From an uncultured Acidimicrobiales bacterium (lineage in GTDB: Bacteria; Actinomycetota; Acidimicrobiia; Acidimicrobiales; SZUA-35): 27,905 bases of DNA. Of the stretch, positions 9,154 to 17,938 are shown in pieces. The notes beneath the pieces were generated by a model, which searched no databases, was not told the DNA's origin, and saw nothing but the letters and a program-made list of their open reading frames with translations. A program made the position numbers and the translations under genes. The DNA lies in contig CALLIQ010000607.1 of NCBI GenBank assembly GCA_938008925.1, forward strand, positions 1 to 27,905, given 5' to 3'. How positions within the stretch are numbered: position 1 is the stretch's first letter; every line of letters starts with the position of its first letter.

Positions 9154-10838
9154 CGTTCGCCGTCGAAGCTGCCGCATCGGCAAACGTGCCGATCTTGCCG
9201 GCGATGATCGCCGTCCCGCTGTTCACCGCTCTGGTGTTGCTGCTGATCCCCAAGAACCGACTCGCCGAGCTGAAGCTCACGGCGCTGGTCGGCTCCTCCA
9301 TCACCGCCGCGTTGTCGGTGTGGATGATGTGGAACTTCGACGCCACCGACGCCGGGCTGCAATTCGTCACCCGCCAGGAGTGGTCTGGCGACCTCGGCCT
9401 CAGCTGGTTCCTCGCCGTCGACGGGATCTCGCTGTTCCTCGTCGTGCTGAGCGGCATCTTGTTCCCGATCGCCATCCTGGCCACCGAACCCCACCACGAT
9501 CACAAGCCGTATTACTTCTGGCTGATGCTCCTGATGACCGGCTCGATGGGCGTCTTCATGGCGCTCGACCTGCTGCTGTTCTTCCTGTTCTTCGAGATCG
9601 TCCTCGTGCCGATGTACTTCCTGATCGGCGGCTGGGGCCACGGTCGACGGATCTACGCCGCGCTGAAGTTCTTCCTCTACACGATGGCCGGTTCGGCGCT
9701 GATGCTCGTCGGCATCGTGTCGGTCGCCTTCTTGTCACGCGACGCCACCGGCGGCCTCACCTTCGACGTGGTGCAGCTGGCAGAGGCCCAGGCGCTCGGC
9801 GACACCGCCGAGGTGCTGGTCTTCTTGAGCTTCGCCCTCGCCTTCGCGGTGAAGGTCCCGCTGTTCCCTCTGCACACCTGGCTGCCAGACGCTCACACCG
9901 AGGCGCCGACGGCCGGCTCGGTGATCCTCGCCGGCGTCATGCTCAAGCTCGGTACGTACGGCTACCTCCGCTTCGGCATCTACCTCTTCCCGAACGCAGC
10001 CCACGACCTCGCCTGGATCTTCCTCACCCTCGGCGTGATCGGCATCGTCTACGGCGCAGCCGTCGCGACCATGCAGCGTGACCTCAAGCGGCTGGTCGCC
10101 TACAGCTCGGTCGCTCACCTCGGCTTCATCGTGCTCGGGCTGTTCGTGCTCAACACGCAGGGCATCCAGGGCGCCATCTTGCAGATGGTCAACCACGGTG
10201 TGTCCACCGGTGCGTTGTTCATCATGGTCGGTTGGATCTACGAACGTCGCCACACCCGTGAGATCGCAGCGCTCGGCGGCCTTCAGAAGTCGGCCCCCGT
10301 CTTCGCCGCCGCCTTCACACTGATCATGCTCTCGAGCATCGGCTTGCCCGGTCTCAACGGCTTCGTCGGCGAGTTCCTGATCCTCATCGGCGGCTTCCAG
10401 GGCGCACGCTGGTGGACCGTCGTCGCCGTCTCGGGCGTCATCCTCGCTGCCCTCTATCTCCTCTGGGCCTACCAGCGGGTGTTCCACGGCCCCGCCGAGG
10501 GCGACAACGCCGACATGCCGGAACTGCGCCTTTCCGAGGGGTTGGCGATCCTGCCGCTGTTGTTCCTCATCGTGTTCATGGGCGTCTATCCCAAGCCTGT
10601 CCTCGAGCGGATGGAGCCCGCGGTCGAGCGTTTGGTCGCCCACATCGAATTCAACGTCGACGGCTTCACCGAGCCGGGCCCAGAGCAGTTCCCGGACGAG
10701 CCAGCCACGGCTGAGGATCTCACCCACACCCTCGAAGAAGCAGAGGCCGCCGAGGAGGATCACTCCGAAGACGATCACTCTGAAGACGGCGACCACTCCG
10801 AGGGCGACGATCACAGCGAAGAAGAGGGAGAGGGCTGA
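9150..10838 (+). CDS. nuoM: NADH-quinone oxidoreductase subunit M
   Basis: FFLFFEIVLVPMYFLIGGWG, AVKVPLFPLHTWLPDAHTEAPTAGS, LKRLVAYSSVAHLG, LPGLNGFVGEFLIL. Start placed at GTG 9150 (GTGA overlap with the nuoL stop, GAGGTG upstream) rather than 9114. Confidence 0.96.
   Translation: MTFAVEAAASANVPILPAMIAVPLFTALVLLLIPKNRLAELKLTALVGSSITAALSVWMMWNFDATDAGLQFVTRQEWSGDLGLSWFLAVDGISLFLVVLSGILFPIAILATEPHHDHKPYYFWLMLLMTGSMGVFMALDLLLFFLFFEIVLVPMYFLIGGWGHGRRIYAALKFFLYTMAGSALMLVGIVSVAFLSRDATGGLTFDVVQLAEAQALGDTAEVLVFLSFALAFAVKVPLFPLHTWLPDAHTEAPTAGSVILAGVMLKLGTYGYLRFGIYLFPNAAHDLAWIFLTLGVIGIVYGAAVATMQRDLKRLVAYSSVAHLGFIVLGLFVLNTQGIQGAILQMVNHGVSTGALFIMVGWIYERRHTREIAALGGLQKSAPVFAAAFTLIMLSSIGLPGLNGFVGEFLILIGGFQGARWWTVVAVSGVILAALYLLWAYQRVFHGPAEGDNADMPELRLSEGLAILPLLFLIVFMGVYPKPVLERMEPAVERLVAHIEFNVDGFTEPGPEQFPDEPATAEDLTHTLEEAEAAEEDHSEDDHSEDGDHSEGDDHSEEEGEG
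10758..10820 (+). repeat. Four imperfect tandem copies of a DHSE(D/G) coding unit in the NuoM C-terminal tail
   Basis: gat cac tcc gaa gac / gat cac tct gaa gac ggc / gac cac tcc gag ggc gac / gat cac agc gaa. Confidence 0.85.
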
Positions 10839-12571
10839 TGATGAGCCTGCTCGCACAGATCGAAGCCCAAGGCGTTCCGCAGCAGTCGGTCGAGTGGTCG
10901 ATGCTGTGGCCGATCATGATCTTGTCGATCGGCGCCGTGCTGTTGGTGACGATCACGTCGCTCGCCCCGTCGACTCGCAACAACGCGTTCCCCGCGATCT
11001 ACACCGCCGTCGCCGGTGTCGCCGCCGCCGCTTTCCTCCCGGGGATGTGGAGCCGGGTCTCGGTGCCGAGCGACGCTGCCGTCGCCAACGCCCAGAATCC
11101 GATCGGCACCGTCTACCAGGCGCTGCTTGGTGATCGCACCGGTCCGATGACCATCGTGAACGACGCCCTGATCGTCGATCACTTCACACTGTTCATCACC
11201 GGCATCATCTGTCTCGCCGTCGTGCTCGTTGCCCTGGTCTTCCACGGCTACCTCGAGCGTGAGGGTTTCGCCGGCCCCGAGTGGTACGTCCTGTTGCTGC
11301 TGTCCGCCAGCGGTGGCGTGATGCTCGCATCGGCCGAAGACCTCATCGTCACCTTCCTCGGCCTCGAGATCTTGTCGATCGCCGTCTACGTGCTGGCCGC
11401 CCTCCACTTGCGTCGGTCCGACTCGCAGGAAGCCGGTTTCAAGTACTTCATCCTCGGCGCTCTCTCGTCCGCTTTCTTCCTCTACGGCATCGCCCTCGTG
11501 TACGGCGCGACGGGTAGCACTCGCATCAGCGACATCGCCGGGTCGCTCTCGACTCCGAACGAAGCAGGCCTCATCCCGAACCAGGACGCCTCGATGCTCC
11601 TCGTCGGCGCTGCGCTGCTGTTGGTCGGCTTCGGCTTCAAGGTGTCGGCCGCCCCGTTCCACGTCTGGACCCCCGACGTCTACGAGGGTTCACCGTCGCC
11701 CGTGGTCGCCTTCATGGCGTCAGCGGTGAAGGTCGCCGGCTTCGCCGGCATGGTCAGGGTCTTCGTCGTCGGTCTCGACGGCATCAGCGGTGACTGGCGG
11801 ATCATGGTGGCCGCCATGGCCGTGCTCACGCTGGTGGTCGGGTCGTTCCTGGCCGTCGTCCAGACCAACGTCAAGCGCATGATGGCCTACTCGTCGATCG
11901 CCCATGCCGGCTTCATGTTGGTTGCGCTCTTCGTGGCCGGCGGTGTTGAACTCGACGACTCCATCGTCGGTGCGCAGGCGCTGCTCTTCTACTTCTTCGC
12001 CTACTCGGTCATGGTGATCGGCACGTTTACGGCGATCACCGTGCTCGGTCGGACCGGAGACGGTCACCACTCGCTTGACGACTACAAGGGTCTCGCACAG
12101 CGTCAGCCGGTGATCGCCGGTTGTCTCGCTGTCCTCGCCTTCGCTCAGGCCGGGATCCCCTTCACGTCCGGCTTCTTCTCGAAGTTCCGAGTGATCGCCG
12201 CTGCGGCTGGCTCCGGTGCGTACGTCTTGGCCGCGGTGGCGATGCTCACCGCTGCTGTCAGCGCCTACCTCTACCTGCGGCTCGTCGTCGCCATCTTCCT
12301 CGACGGCGACGGCCACGACGATGACCACGAAGCCATCGACCTCACCGACGGCGACGCAGCGACTGCGGCCGAGGCTGGCGATGGCGCCGAGGCAGCGGCT
12401 GGAGCGGTTGCCGTCGACGCACCCCCGGTCGCCGTCGATCGCGAGGTCGCCCCGGTGCCCACTGCGGCGCTCGCCGTGCTCGTGGCAACGGTGGTCATCA
12501 CGGTGTTGTTCGGTGTGTTGCCGGGTCTCGGCGGCGACATCCTGCGTCAGGCTGCCGAAGCCCTCAGTTGA
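10838..12571 (+). CDS. nuoN: NADH-quinone oxidoreductase subunit N
   Basis: FLGLEILSIAVYVL, EAGFKYFILGALSS, GFKVSAAPFHVWTPDVYEGSP, NVKRMMAYSSIAHAG, AGIPFTSGFFSKF. Confidence 0.96.
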   Translation: MMSLLAQIEAQGVPQQSVEWSMLWPIMILSIGAVLLVTITSLAPSTRNNAFPAIYTAVAGVAAAAFLPGMWSRVSVPSDAAVANAQNPIGTVYQALLGDRTGPMTIVNDALIVDHFTLFITGIICLAVVLVALVFHGYLEREGFAGPEWYVLLLLSASGGVMLASAEDLIVTFLGLEILSIAVYVLAALHLRRSDSQEAGFKYFILGALSSAFFLYGIALVYGATGSTRISDIAGSLSTPNEAGLIPNQDASMLLVGAALLLVGFGFKVSAAPFHVWTPDVYEGSPSPVVAFMASAVKVAGFAGMVRVFVVGLDGISGDWRIMVAAMAVLTLVVGSFLAVVQTNVKRMMAYSSIAHAGFMLVALFVAGGVELDDSIVGAQALLFYFFAYSVMVIGTFTAITVLGRTGDGHHSLDDYKGLAQRQPVIAGCLAVLAFAQAGIPFTSGFFSKFRVIAAAAGSGAYVLAAVAMLTAAVSAYLYLRLVVAIFLDGDGHDDDHEAIDLTDGDAATAAEAGDGAEAAAGAVAVDAPPVAVDREVAPVPTAALAVLVATVVITVLFGVLPGLGGDILRQAAEALS

Positions 12572-13091
12572 TGTAGGGCAGGTCGATGCGGCCCGGCTCG
12601 AGGTCGCTCGCCCGGCGCACGGTCACCCGACGTTCCGAGAACACCTGCGTCCAGTCCTGGAGTAGACGGCGATCGCGCTGCACGCGACGTTCGGTCTGCT
12701 CAGCAGGATGGTCCAGCGCCTCGGCGGTCGAATCGAGCGCCGTTCGCATGGCCGCCGGATCGTGGTCGTGGACGGCATGGGTCACGTTGGCCGCGTCTGC
12801 GACGACGGCCGGATCGCCGGCGATCGTGATGATGACGTTCGCCCTCGGCACGTCGCTTTCGAGATCGCCGAGAATCTCGCGTCCCTGCACGCCGGGGGAG
12901 AGGTCGGACAAGATCACGAGGTCTGGCTGCAACGTCGCCGCCGAGTCCAGGGTCAACACGGCGTTCGGCGCGTCGCGGATCACGTCGAAGCGCGGGTGAC
13001 GATCGATCTCGCGACGCATGATCGATGCCTGGTGCGGATCGGCGATCCCGAGCACGACCGTGAAGATGGGTCGTTCCTGAACGTCAGTCAC
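12564..13091 (-). CDS. Atypical receiver (CheY-like) domain protein with an Arg-rich C-terminal tail
   Basis: VVLGIADPH at beta1, LQPDLVILSDLSPGVQGREIL around the beta3 phospho-site region, PRANVIITI at beta4; tail ERRVQRDRR...SERRVTVRR. Converges on nuoN with an 8-bp overlap. Confidence 0.7.
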   Translation of the reverse strand: MTDVQERPIFTVVLGIADPHQASIMRREIDRHPRFDVIRDAPNAVLTLDSAATLQPDLVILSDLSPGVQGREILGDLESDVPRANVIITIAGDPAVVADAANVTHAVHDHDPAAMRTALDSTAEALDHPAEQTERRVQRDRRLLQDWTQVFSERRVTVRRASDLEPGRIDLPYIN

Positions 13092-13121
13092 CCCATCTGT
13101 ATCGGCCGAAACCGACTCGGC

Positions 13122-13781
13122 TCAAGCGTTCGATGGAGTGTCCGGTACGCCCGTTGACTCGAGCGTGAAGAACGGGATGAACACCTGCGCCAGCGGCCCG
13201 ATCGCGGCGGCGAAGACGATCGTGCCGATGCCAAATGTCCCGCCAAGGGCGATGCCAGCCACGAGGACGACGATTTCGATCCCCGTTCGAACGAGACGGA
13301 TGGACCAGCCGCGCTTGGCGAGCCCTGTCATCAGCCCGTCGCGGGGACCGGGCCCGAGTCCGGCACCCACGTACATGCCCGTCGCGGCGCCGTTCAACAC
13401 CACGCCGACGATGAGGGCGCCGATCCGCACCGGCCAACCCGTGAGCTCCGGCAACACGGCGAGCGATGCGTCGAGTGCGAGCCCGACCACGACGGCGTTC
13501 GAGATCGTGCCGATTCCGAGCCGTTCTCGCAGCGGGATCCAGCCGAGGAGCACCACGGCGCTCGTCATGATGACGACCGCACCGATCGACACACCGATCA
13601 GGCCGCTCACCCCTTGGTGAAAGACGTCCCACGGTGCGTTGCCGAGCTCCGCGGCCACGATGAGGGCGAGGCTGAATCCAAAGACGGCGAGGCCCACGTA
13701 GAGCAGAACGAGACGAGCCAGCGGCCGATCGTCGAGTTGGAGCGCTGTTCGGATCGAGTGGAACGCGGGGCGCTCAGCCAC
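13122..13781 (-). CDS. YczE/YitT-like integral membrane protein
   Basis: LGNAPWDVFHQGVS, ERLGIGTISN, YVGAGLGPGPRDGLMTGL, VRTGIEIVV, GGTFGIGT. Start placed at GTG 13781, overlapping the dusB stop; the start is uncertain. Confidence 0.85.
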   Translation of the reverse strand: MAERPAFHSIRTALQLDDRPLARLVLLYVGLAVFGFSLALIVAAELGNAPWDVFHQGVSGLIGVSIGAVVIMTSAVVLLGWIPLRERLGIGTISNAVVVGLALDASLAVLPELTGWPVRIGALIVGVVLNGAATGMYVGAGLGPGPRDGLMTGLAKRGWSIRLVRTGIEIVVLVAGIALGGTFGIGTIVFAAAIGPLAQVFIPFFTLESTGVPDTPSNA

Positions 13782-14892
13782 CCGAGACGGCCGAATCACC
13801 CTCGGGGTTCGCCATCGCATCGTCGTCGGGGTCGCCGAGCCAGTTCTCGGGGAGCGCCACCACTTGCGGGCCCCGTGTGTGGCCCCGGGCAACCCGGCGA
13901 TTCTCCGGCGGCAACGGCGCGTCGGGGATCATCGACAGCAGGGTCTCGAGCTCGTCGAGGCTTTCGATCCGGCCGAGCTTGCCCCGCATCTCGCCGCCCA
14001 CCGGATAACCCTTGAGATACCAGGCGGTGTGCTTGCGGAACTCGCGGATCCCCTTGCGGTCGCCGAACCAGTCGAGCAGCGCGGTGGCGTGCTCCACCAT
14101 GATCGGCTTCACCTCGTCCGTCGACAGCGCGGGCGGCACGGGTTCACCCGCCATCGCGGCAGCCAGCTCACCGAAGAGCCAGGGCCGTCCGAGACAGCCG
14201 CGCCCGATGACGACGCCGTCGCAACCGGTCTGACGCATCATCTCGATGGCATCGGCGGCCTCCCAGATGTCGCCGTTGCCGAGAACGGGGATCTCGGCGG
14301 GAACGGCCTCGCGGAGCTTGGCGATGGTCGACCAATCGGCGTGGCCGGAGTAGAGCTGGGCGACGGTTCGTCCGTGTAGGGCGATGGCGGCTGCGCCGGA
14401 ATCGGCGGCGATGCGGCCGGCGTCGAGGTAGGTCAGGTGGTGATCATCGATGCCGACCCGCATCTTCACGGTGACGGGCACCCCGGCCGGCCGAGCGGCT
14501 TCCACCGCCGACCGCACGATCGCTTCGAAGAGTTTCCGCTTGTAGGGAAGGGCGCCCCCGCCGCCGTTGCGCGTGACCTTGCGGACCGGGCAGCCGAAGT
14601 TGATGTCGATGTGGTCGACCCGTTCTTCACCGACCAGGCGCTCGACGGCGAGTCCCATGTAGTGAGGATCGACACCGGCGAGCTGCAGCGATCGAGGTGA
14701 TTCGTCCGGAGCGAAACTGGCCAGCTTCTGAGTCTTGTCGTTGCCCTCGACCAGGGCGCGGGCCGACACCATCTCGTTGACGTAGAGCCCGCCGCCGAAG
14801 CGGCGGCACAGGGTACGGAACGGCGCGTTGGTGACGCCCGCCATGGGGGCGAGCACCACGGGGGTGGCGACGTCGATCGGACCGATCTTCAT
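13774..14892 (-). CDS. dusB: tRNA dihydrouridine synthase
   Basis: C-terminal 372 aa of track ORF 13774..16335: VVLAPMAGVTN, IDINFGCPVRKV (catalytic Cys), PVTVKMRVG, ALHGRT, GNGDIW, VVIGRGCLGRPWLF. Confidence 0.93.
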   Translation of the reverse strand: MKIGPIDVATPVVLAPMAGVTNAPFRTLCRRFGGGLYVNEMVSARALVEGNDKTQKLASFAPDESPRSLQLAGVDPHYMGLAVERLVGEERVDHIDINFGCPVRKVTRNGGGGALPYKRKLFEAIVRSAVEAARPAGVPVTVKMRVGIDDHHLTYLDAGRIAADSGAAAIALHGRTVAQLYSGHADWSTIAKLREAVPAEIPVLGNGDIWEAADAIEMMRQTGCDGVVIGRGCLGRPWLFGELAAAMAGEPVPPALSTDEVKPIMVEHATALLDWFGDRKGIREFRKHTAWYLKGYPVGGEMRGKLGRIESLDELETLLSMIPDAPLPPENRRVARGHTRGPQVVALPENWLGDPDDDAMANPEGDSAVSGG

Positions 14893-14898
14893 CCACAC

Positions 14899-14904
14899 AG
14901 TCTG
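14899..14904 (-). promoter_or_regulatory. Possible -10 element (CAGACT) for a leaderless dusB mRNA
   Basis: Hexamer ends 6 nt before ATG 14892, the same spacing as the TAnnnT boxes elsewhere in the window, but with a non-consensus first base. Confidence 0.35.
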
Positions 14905-14934
14905 CCGCGTCAGCCGCTGAGCAGCGACGAGCAC

Positions 14935-14940
14935 TACCGT
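14935..14940 (+). promoter_or_regulatory. Putative -10 element (TACCGT), leaderless LLM gene
   Basis: TAnnnT 6 nt before ATG 14947; no Shine-Dalgarno. Confidence 0.6.
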
Positions 14941-14946
14941 TGGCTC

Positions 14947-15819
14947 ATGTCCGCTTCGATCGGTGCCATGGTCCTCCGCACCGTCGCCCCCGAGCACGAG
15001 GTCGCGCATGCGGTCGCCCTCGCTCCTCTGGTCGACGAGTTGTGGATCGTCGAAGACCTTCCGTTCGCGGGAGGAATCAGCCAGTGCGCCGCGATTCTCG
15101 AGGCGACGAGCGGTCTTGATGATCCGCCGCTGATCGGCCACGGCATCGCGCCCGCTCCCTTCCGCAATCCGGTCGCGCTCGCGATGGAGTGGGCGGCACT
15201 GGCGCGGATGTACCCCGGGCGCATCCACGGCGGGATCGGCCACGGCGTGCCGTCGTGGATGAGTCAGATCGCAAAGACGAAGGCCTCGCCGCTCACGCTG
15301 CTCGACGAGACGATCACCGCCGTTCGGACCTTGCTGCGCGGCGAGACGCTTGACGCGGACGGCCGTTACGTGAACGTGAGCGACGTGACCCTCGAGTTCG
15401 CTCCGCGCGACGTACCGCTCGTCTCGGCCGGTGTGACCGGACCCCGATCGCTGGAGGTCGCCGGTGAGCGGGCCGACGGGACGATCCTCCCGGAGGGGCA
15501 GGGTCCCGAAGAGGTGGAGCGAGCTCGTGGGCACATCGACGATGGTCGGAACCGGGCCACACCGCCGCCGAACGACGTGCATCGGCTCACCGTCTTCACC
15601 GGCTACTTCTGTGGTGACCTGTCGACGCTGCCGCCCCCACCGGCGCACCTGCCACCCGGTTGGGACGCCGTCGGGGCCAGCCCCGATCAGGTCGCGGCTC
15701 GGTTGCAGTCGCTGATCAACGCAGGCGTCGACTCGATCGTGCTCGTTCCCTTCGGTGACGACGCGGTCGGTCAGATCGAGCTGGCGGCGAACGACATCGT
15801 CCCCCAACTCGTCCGCTGA
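14947..15819 (+). CDS. LLM-class (luciferase-like) flavin-dependent oxidoreductase
   Basis: DELWIVEDLPFAGG, GIAPAPFRNPVALAMEWAALARMYPGRIHGGIGHG, GPRSLEVAGERADGTIL. FMN versus F420 dependence cannot be resolved by eye. Confidence 0.88.
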   Translation: MSASIGAMVLRTVAPEHEVAHAVALAPLVDELWIVEDLPFAGGISQCAAILEATSGLDDPPLIGHGIAPAPFRNPVALAMEWAALARMYPGRIHGGIGHGVPSWMSQIAKTKASPLTLLDETITAVRTLLRGETLDADGRYVNVSDVTLEFAPRDVPLVSAGVTGPRSLEVAGERADGTILPEGQGPEEVERARGHIDDGRNRATPPPNDVHRLTVFTGYFCGDLSTLPPPPAHLPPGWDAVGASPDQVAARLQSLINAGVDSIVLVPFGDDAVGQIELAANDIVPQLVR

Positions 15820-15849
15820 ACGGCGAATCTGCTGAACGGCGTATCGACG

Positions 15850-16944
15850 GTGCTGTGCCGAGCGGCGGTCGCGCTCGCCGTTCTCTTCGCCGCGTCGGCG
15901 TGCGGTGTCGTGTCGGCCGACTCGGCCTCCGAACCCACTACGCCGATGATCACGGTCACGACGCTCACCTTCGACGACCCTGCGATCGCCGACTCCTCGT
16001 CCGGTTCGACCAGCGCGGCTGTCAACAGCACCGATTCCGCAGCCGACGATCAGGTGGCGACCCTCGACGACGTGGTTGCGTTCGCCGACTTGGCGAACCT
16101 CGAGACGGTGATCGCGCTCGACGCACGCGTCGTCCACGTCGCCTACACCGAGAGGGGTGTCGATGGCATGCCGGAGCGCCGAGGGCACAGCCACGAGGTC
16201 GCCCCGCTCGGGTGGGCGTGGTCCGACGGTGACTACGTGTTCCAGTGGGTCGACGACGGCGACGGCGCCTTGCGTTCGACGGCCGCGACCTTCGACGGGA
16301 CGATCATCTGCGAGGCGGACGGATCGATCCACCACTTCGACCCGCCAGAAGACGAGGCGGGACGCTCAGGCGTCATGGCCGTCGAGGCGTCGCCGAGCGA
16401 GTGGCAGCTCCCGACCTCCGACGATGCCGAATTCGCCATTCCATTGACGGACGTCGACTGTGAGACGGGCGGCGCCGAACCCGGTGAGTCGGTGTCGTTC
16501 CGCAGCGCCGACGGGTTCCGCTTCACGAAGTACGCAGGCCCGAGGACGTTCCGGGGCGTACGCGACACCAACGGCATCGCCACGTTGTTCGACGACCTCG
16601 ATCGACCGGTCAACGGCGACGACCCGGCGATCGATCACAAGTTCAACATCAACGCGACGATTGTGGCCTACGGCGTGTTGGCCTCACCGGACGACCCGTC
16701 GATCGTGACCGACGTGATTCGAGTTCGAGTGGTCGACACCGGAGAGATCCTCTGGACGGTGAAGCTCCCGTTCCCATTCACGTTCTTCCACTTCGCCGAC
16801 GATCGGCTCGTGGTCGGCCAACCGGACCGCGGTGGCTCGCAGGGGGGACAGTCGACCGCGTCGGTCTTGCTGTTCGACGTGCGCGACGGTTCGCAGCTCG
16901 GTCACTTCGCCGCGCCGTTCGAGGTGTTGTCCGTCGGCGGCTGA
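15850..16944 (+). CDS. Hypothetical lipoprotein
   Basis: Signal peptide with lipobox-like FAASAC, Ser/Thr/Asp-rich linker, beta-rich acidic body; no family recognised. Confidence 0.7.
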   Translation: MLCRAAVALAVLFAASACGVVSADSASEPTTPMITVTTLTFDDPAIADSSSGSTSAAVNSTDSAADDQVATLDDVVAFADLANLETVIALDARVVHVAYTERGVDGMPERRGHSHEVAPLGWAWSDGDYVFQWVDDGDGALRSTAATFDGTIICEADGSIHHFDPPEDEAGRSGVMAVEASPSEWQLPTSDDAEFAIPLTDVDCETGGAEPGESVSFRSADGFRFTKYAGPRTFRGVRDTNGIATLFDDLDRPVNGDDPAIDHKFNINATIVAYGVLASPDDPSIVTDVIRVRVVDTGEILWTVKLPFPFTFFHFADDRLVVGQPDRGGSQGGQSTASVLLFDVRDGSQLGHFAAPFEVLSVGG

Positions 16945-16954
16945 CCTCGGCCGG

Positions 16955-17863
16955 TCAGTCAGTGATCGCCGGCTCGTGCTCGAGCATTCCGAGCGCATCG
17001 ATGTGGGCGAGGAGCCGATCTCCCTCGGGCCGGTTGCCGATCGTGGCGTTGTAGACCAGGTGCCCGGCGGCGATGTGGACCGCGCAGGCCTCGAGGCGAA
17101 CGGGATCCGCTCGATGACCCCAACGCCGTTCGAGCTCGCGGCGCAGCAGCGAGACGTCGAGCGCTGGGAACCACGGTGCCCACAGCTCGAACCAGGCGAG
17201 GTCATAGAGGTGGTCGCCCCAGAGCCGGCAGCCCCAGTCGAAAACGCCCGTGATCGTCGACCCGACGGTGTGGACGTTCCGGTTGACGAGGTCGCGATGC
17301 AACAAGGTGGGTCGCACGCCCGCCACCTCGGGCTGCTCGCACAACTCGGCGAGCCGTTCGACGAGAACGGCGTGGGCCCGCGCGGCGTCAGGCAGGGCGT
17401 CGAGGTGCTCCCGCCATCCGTCGAGACGGCCGTCGTCGTCATGGCGATCGAACAGAACCTCCGGCCACGACGGGGCCGGCGCCGCCACGGGTGGCTCGAT
17501 CTCGCGCATCGCTTCGAGCATGTCGGCGACTCGGGGAACGAGCGCCGCCCACTCGCTCGGTTCGGCACGCTCGAGCGGCCGACCCGGCGCGTACGTCGAA
17601 ACGCACACCCACAGGTCCTCGTGCGGCGGGTCGAGACGGTCCACCTCGAGCACGTTCGGGATCGGGAGTGCAGCCGACGCGTGCGCGGCCATTTCGGCAT
17701 CGATCTCGAAGTCTTCGTGGTGAGGGCCGACGCGAACGACGAGTGATTCACCGCGCCGAGAGAACCGGAACGCCGTCGACCACGCTCCCGCCCCGATCGG
17801 CACCAACGCACCGAACCGCCTCGTCAACGCTTCGATCACCTGGGGTGACACCGTCGCTCGCAC
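16955..17863 (-). CDS. Aminoglycoside phosphotransferase/choline kinase (APH) family protein, substrate unknown
   Basis: C-terminal 302 aa of track ORF 16955..19567: IGAGAWSTAF (Gly loop), VVRV, LLHRDLVNRNV (Brenner motif), GVFDWG, GDHLYDLA. Confidence 0.85.
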   Translation of the reverse strand: MRATVSPQVIEALTRRFGALVPIGAGAWSTAFRFSRRGESLVVRVGPHHEDFEIDAEMAAHASAALPIPNVLEVDRLDPPHEDLWVCVSTYAPGRPLERAEPSEWAALVPRVADMLEAMREIEPPVAAPAPSWPEVLFDRHDDDGRLDGWREHLDALPDAARAHAVLVERLAELCEQPEVAGVRPTLLHRDLVNRNVHTVGSTITGVFDWGCRLWGDHLYDLAWFELWAPWFPALDVSLLRRELERRWGHRADPVRLEACAVHIAAGHLVYNATIGNRPEGDRLLAHIDALGMLEHEPAITD

Positions 17864-17869
17864 CCTCGG

Positions 17870-17875
17870 ATCGTA
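17870..17875 (-). promoter_or_regulatory. Putative -10 element (TACGAT), leaderless APH-family gene
   Basis: TAnnnT 6 nt before GTG 17863 on the minus strand. Confidence 0.6.
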
Positions 17876-17938
17876 GGTCCAACGACCCAATTCCGGCCTG
17901 GAGAAAACCGCCGGCCGCCCGTCGTGCGACAGATGAAC

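Noticed and set aside
6634-9183. 849-aa minus-strand ORF, and similar long antisense ORFs at 2200-3717, 3671-5179, 10811-11662, 20402-21583 and 24851-25948
   Set aside because: Shadow ORFs opposite well-supported genes, expected in high-GC DNA with strong codon bias; no recognisable motifs.
14893-16335. N-terminal 481 aa of the 853-aa ORF, read as a giant DusB fusion
   Set aside because: It overlaps the plus-strand LLM and lipoprotein genes; Dus homology begins at MKIGPIDV (14892).
16955-17863. Antibiotic resistance gene call for the APH-family protein
   Set aside because: Only superfamily-level motifs are visible and there is no mobile context; most such proteins are not aminoglycoside kinases.
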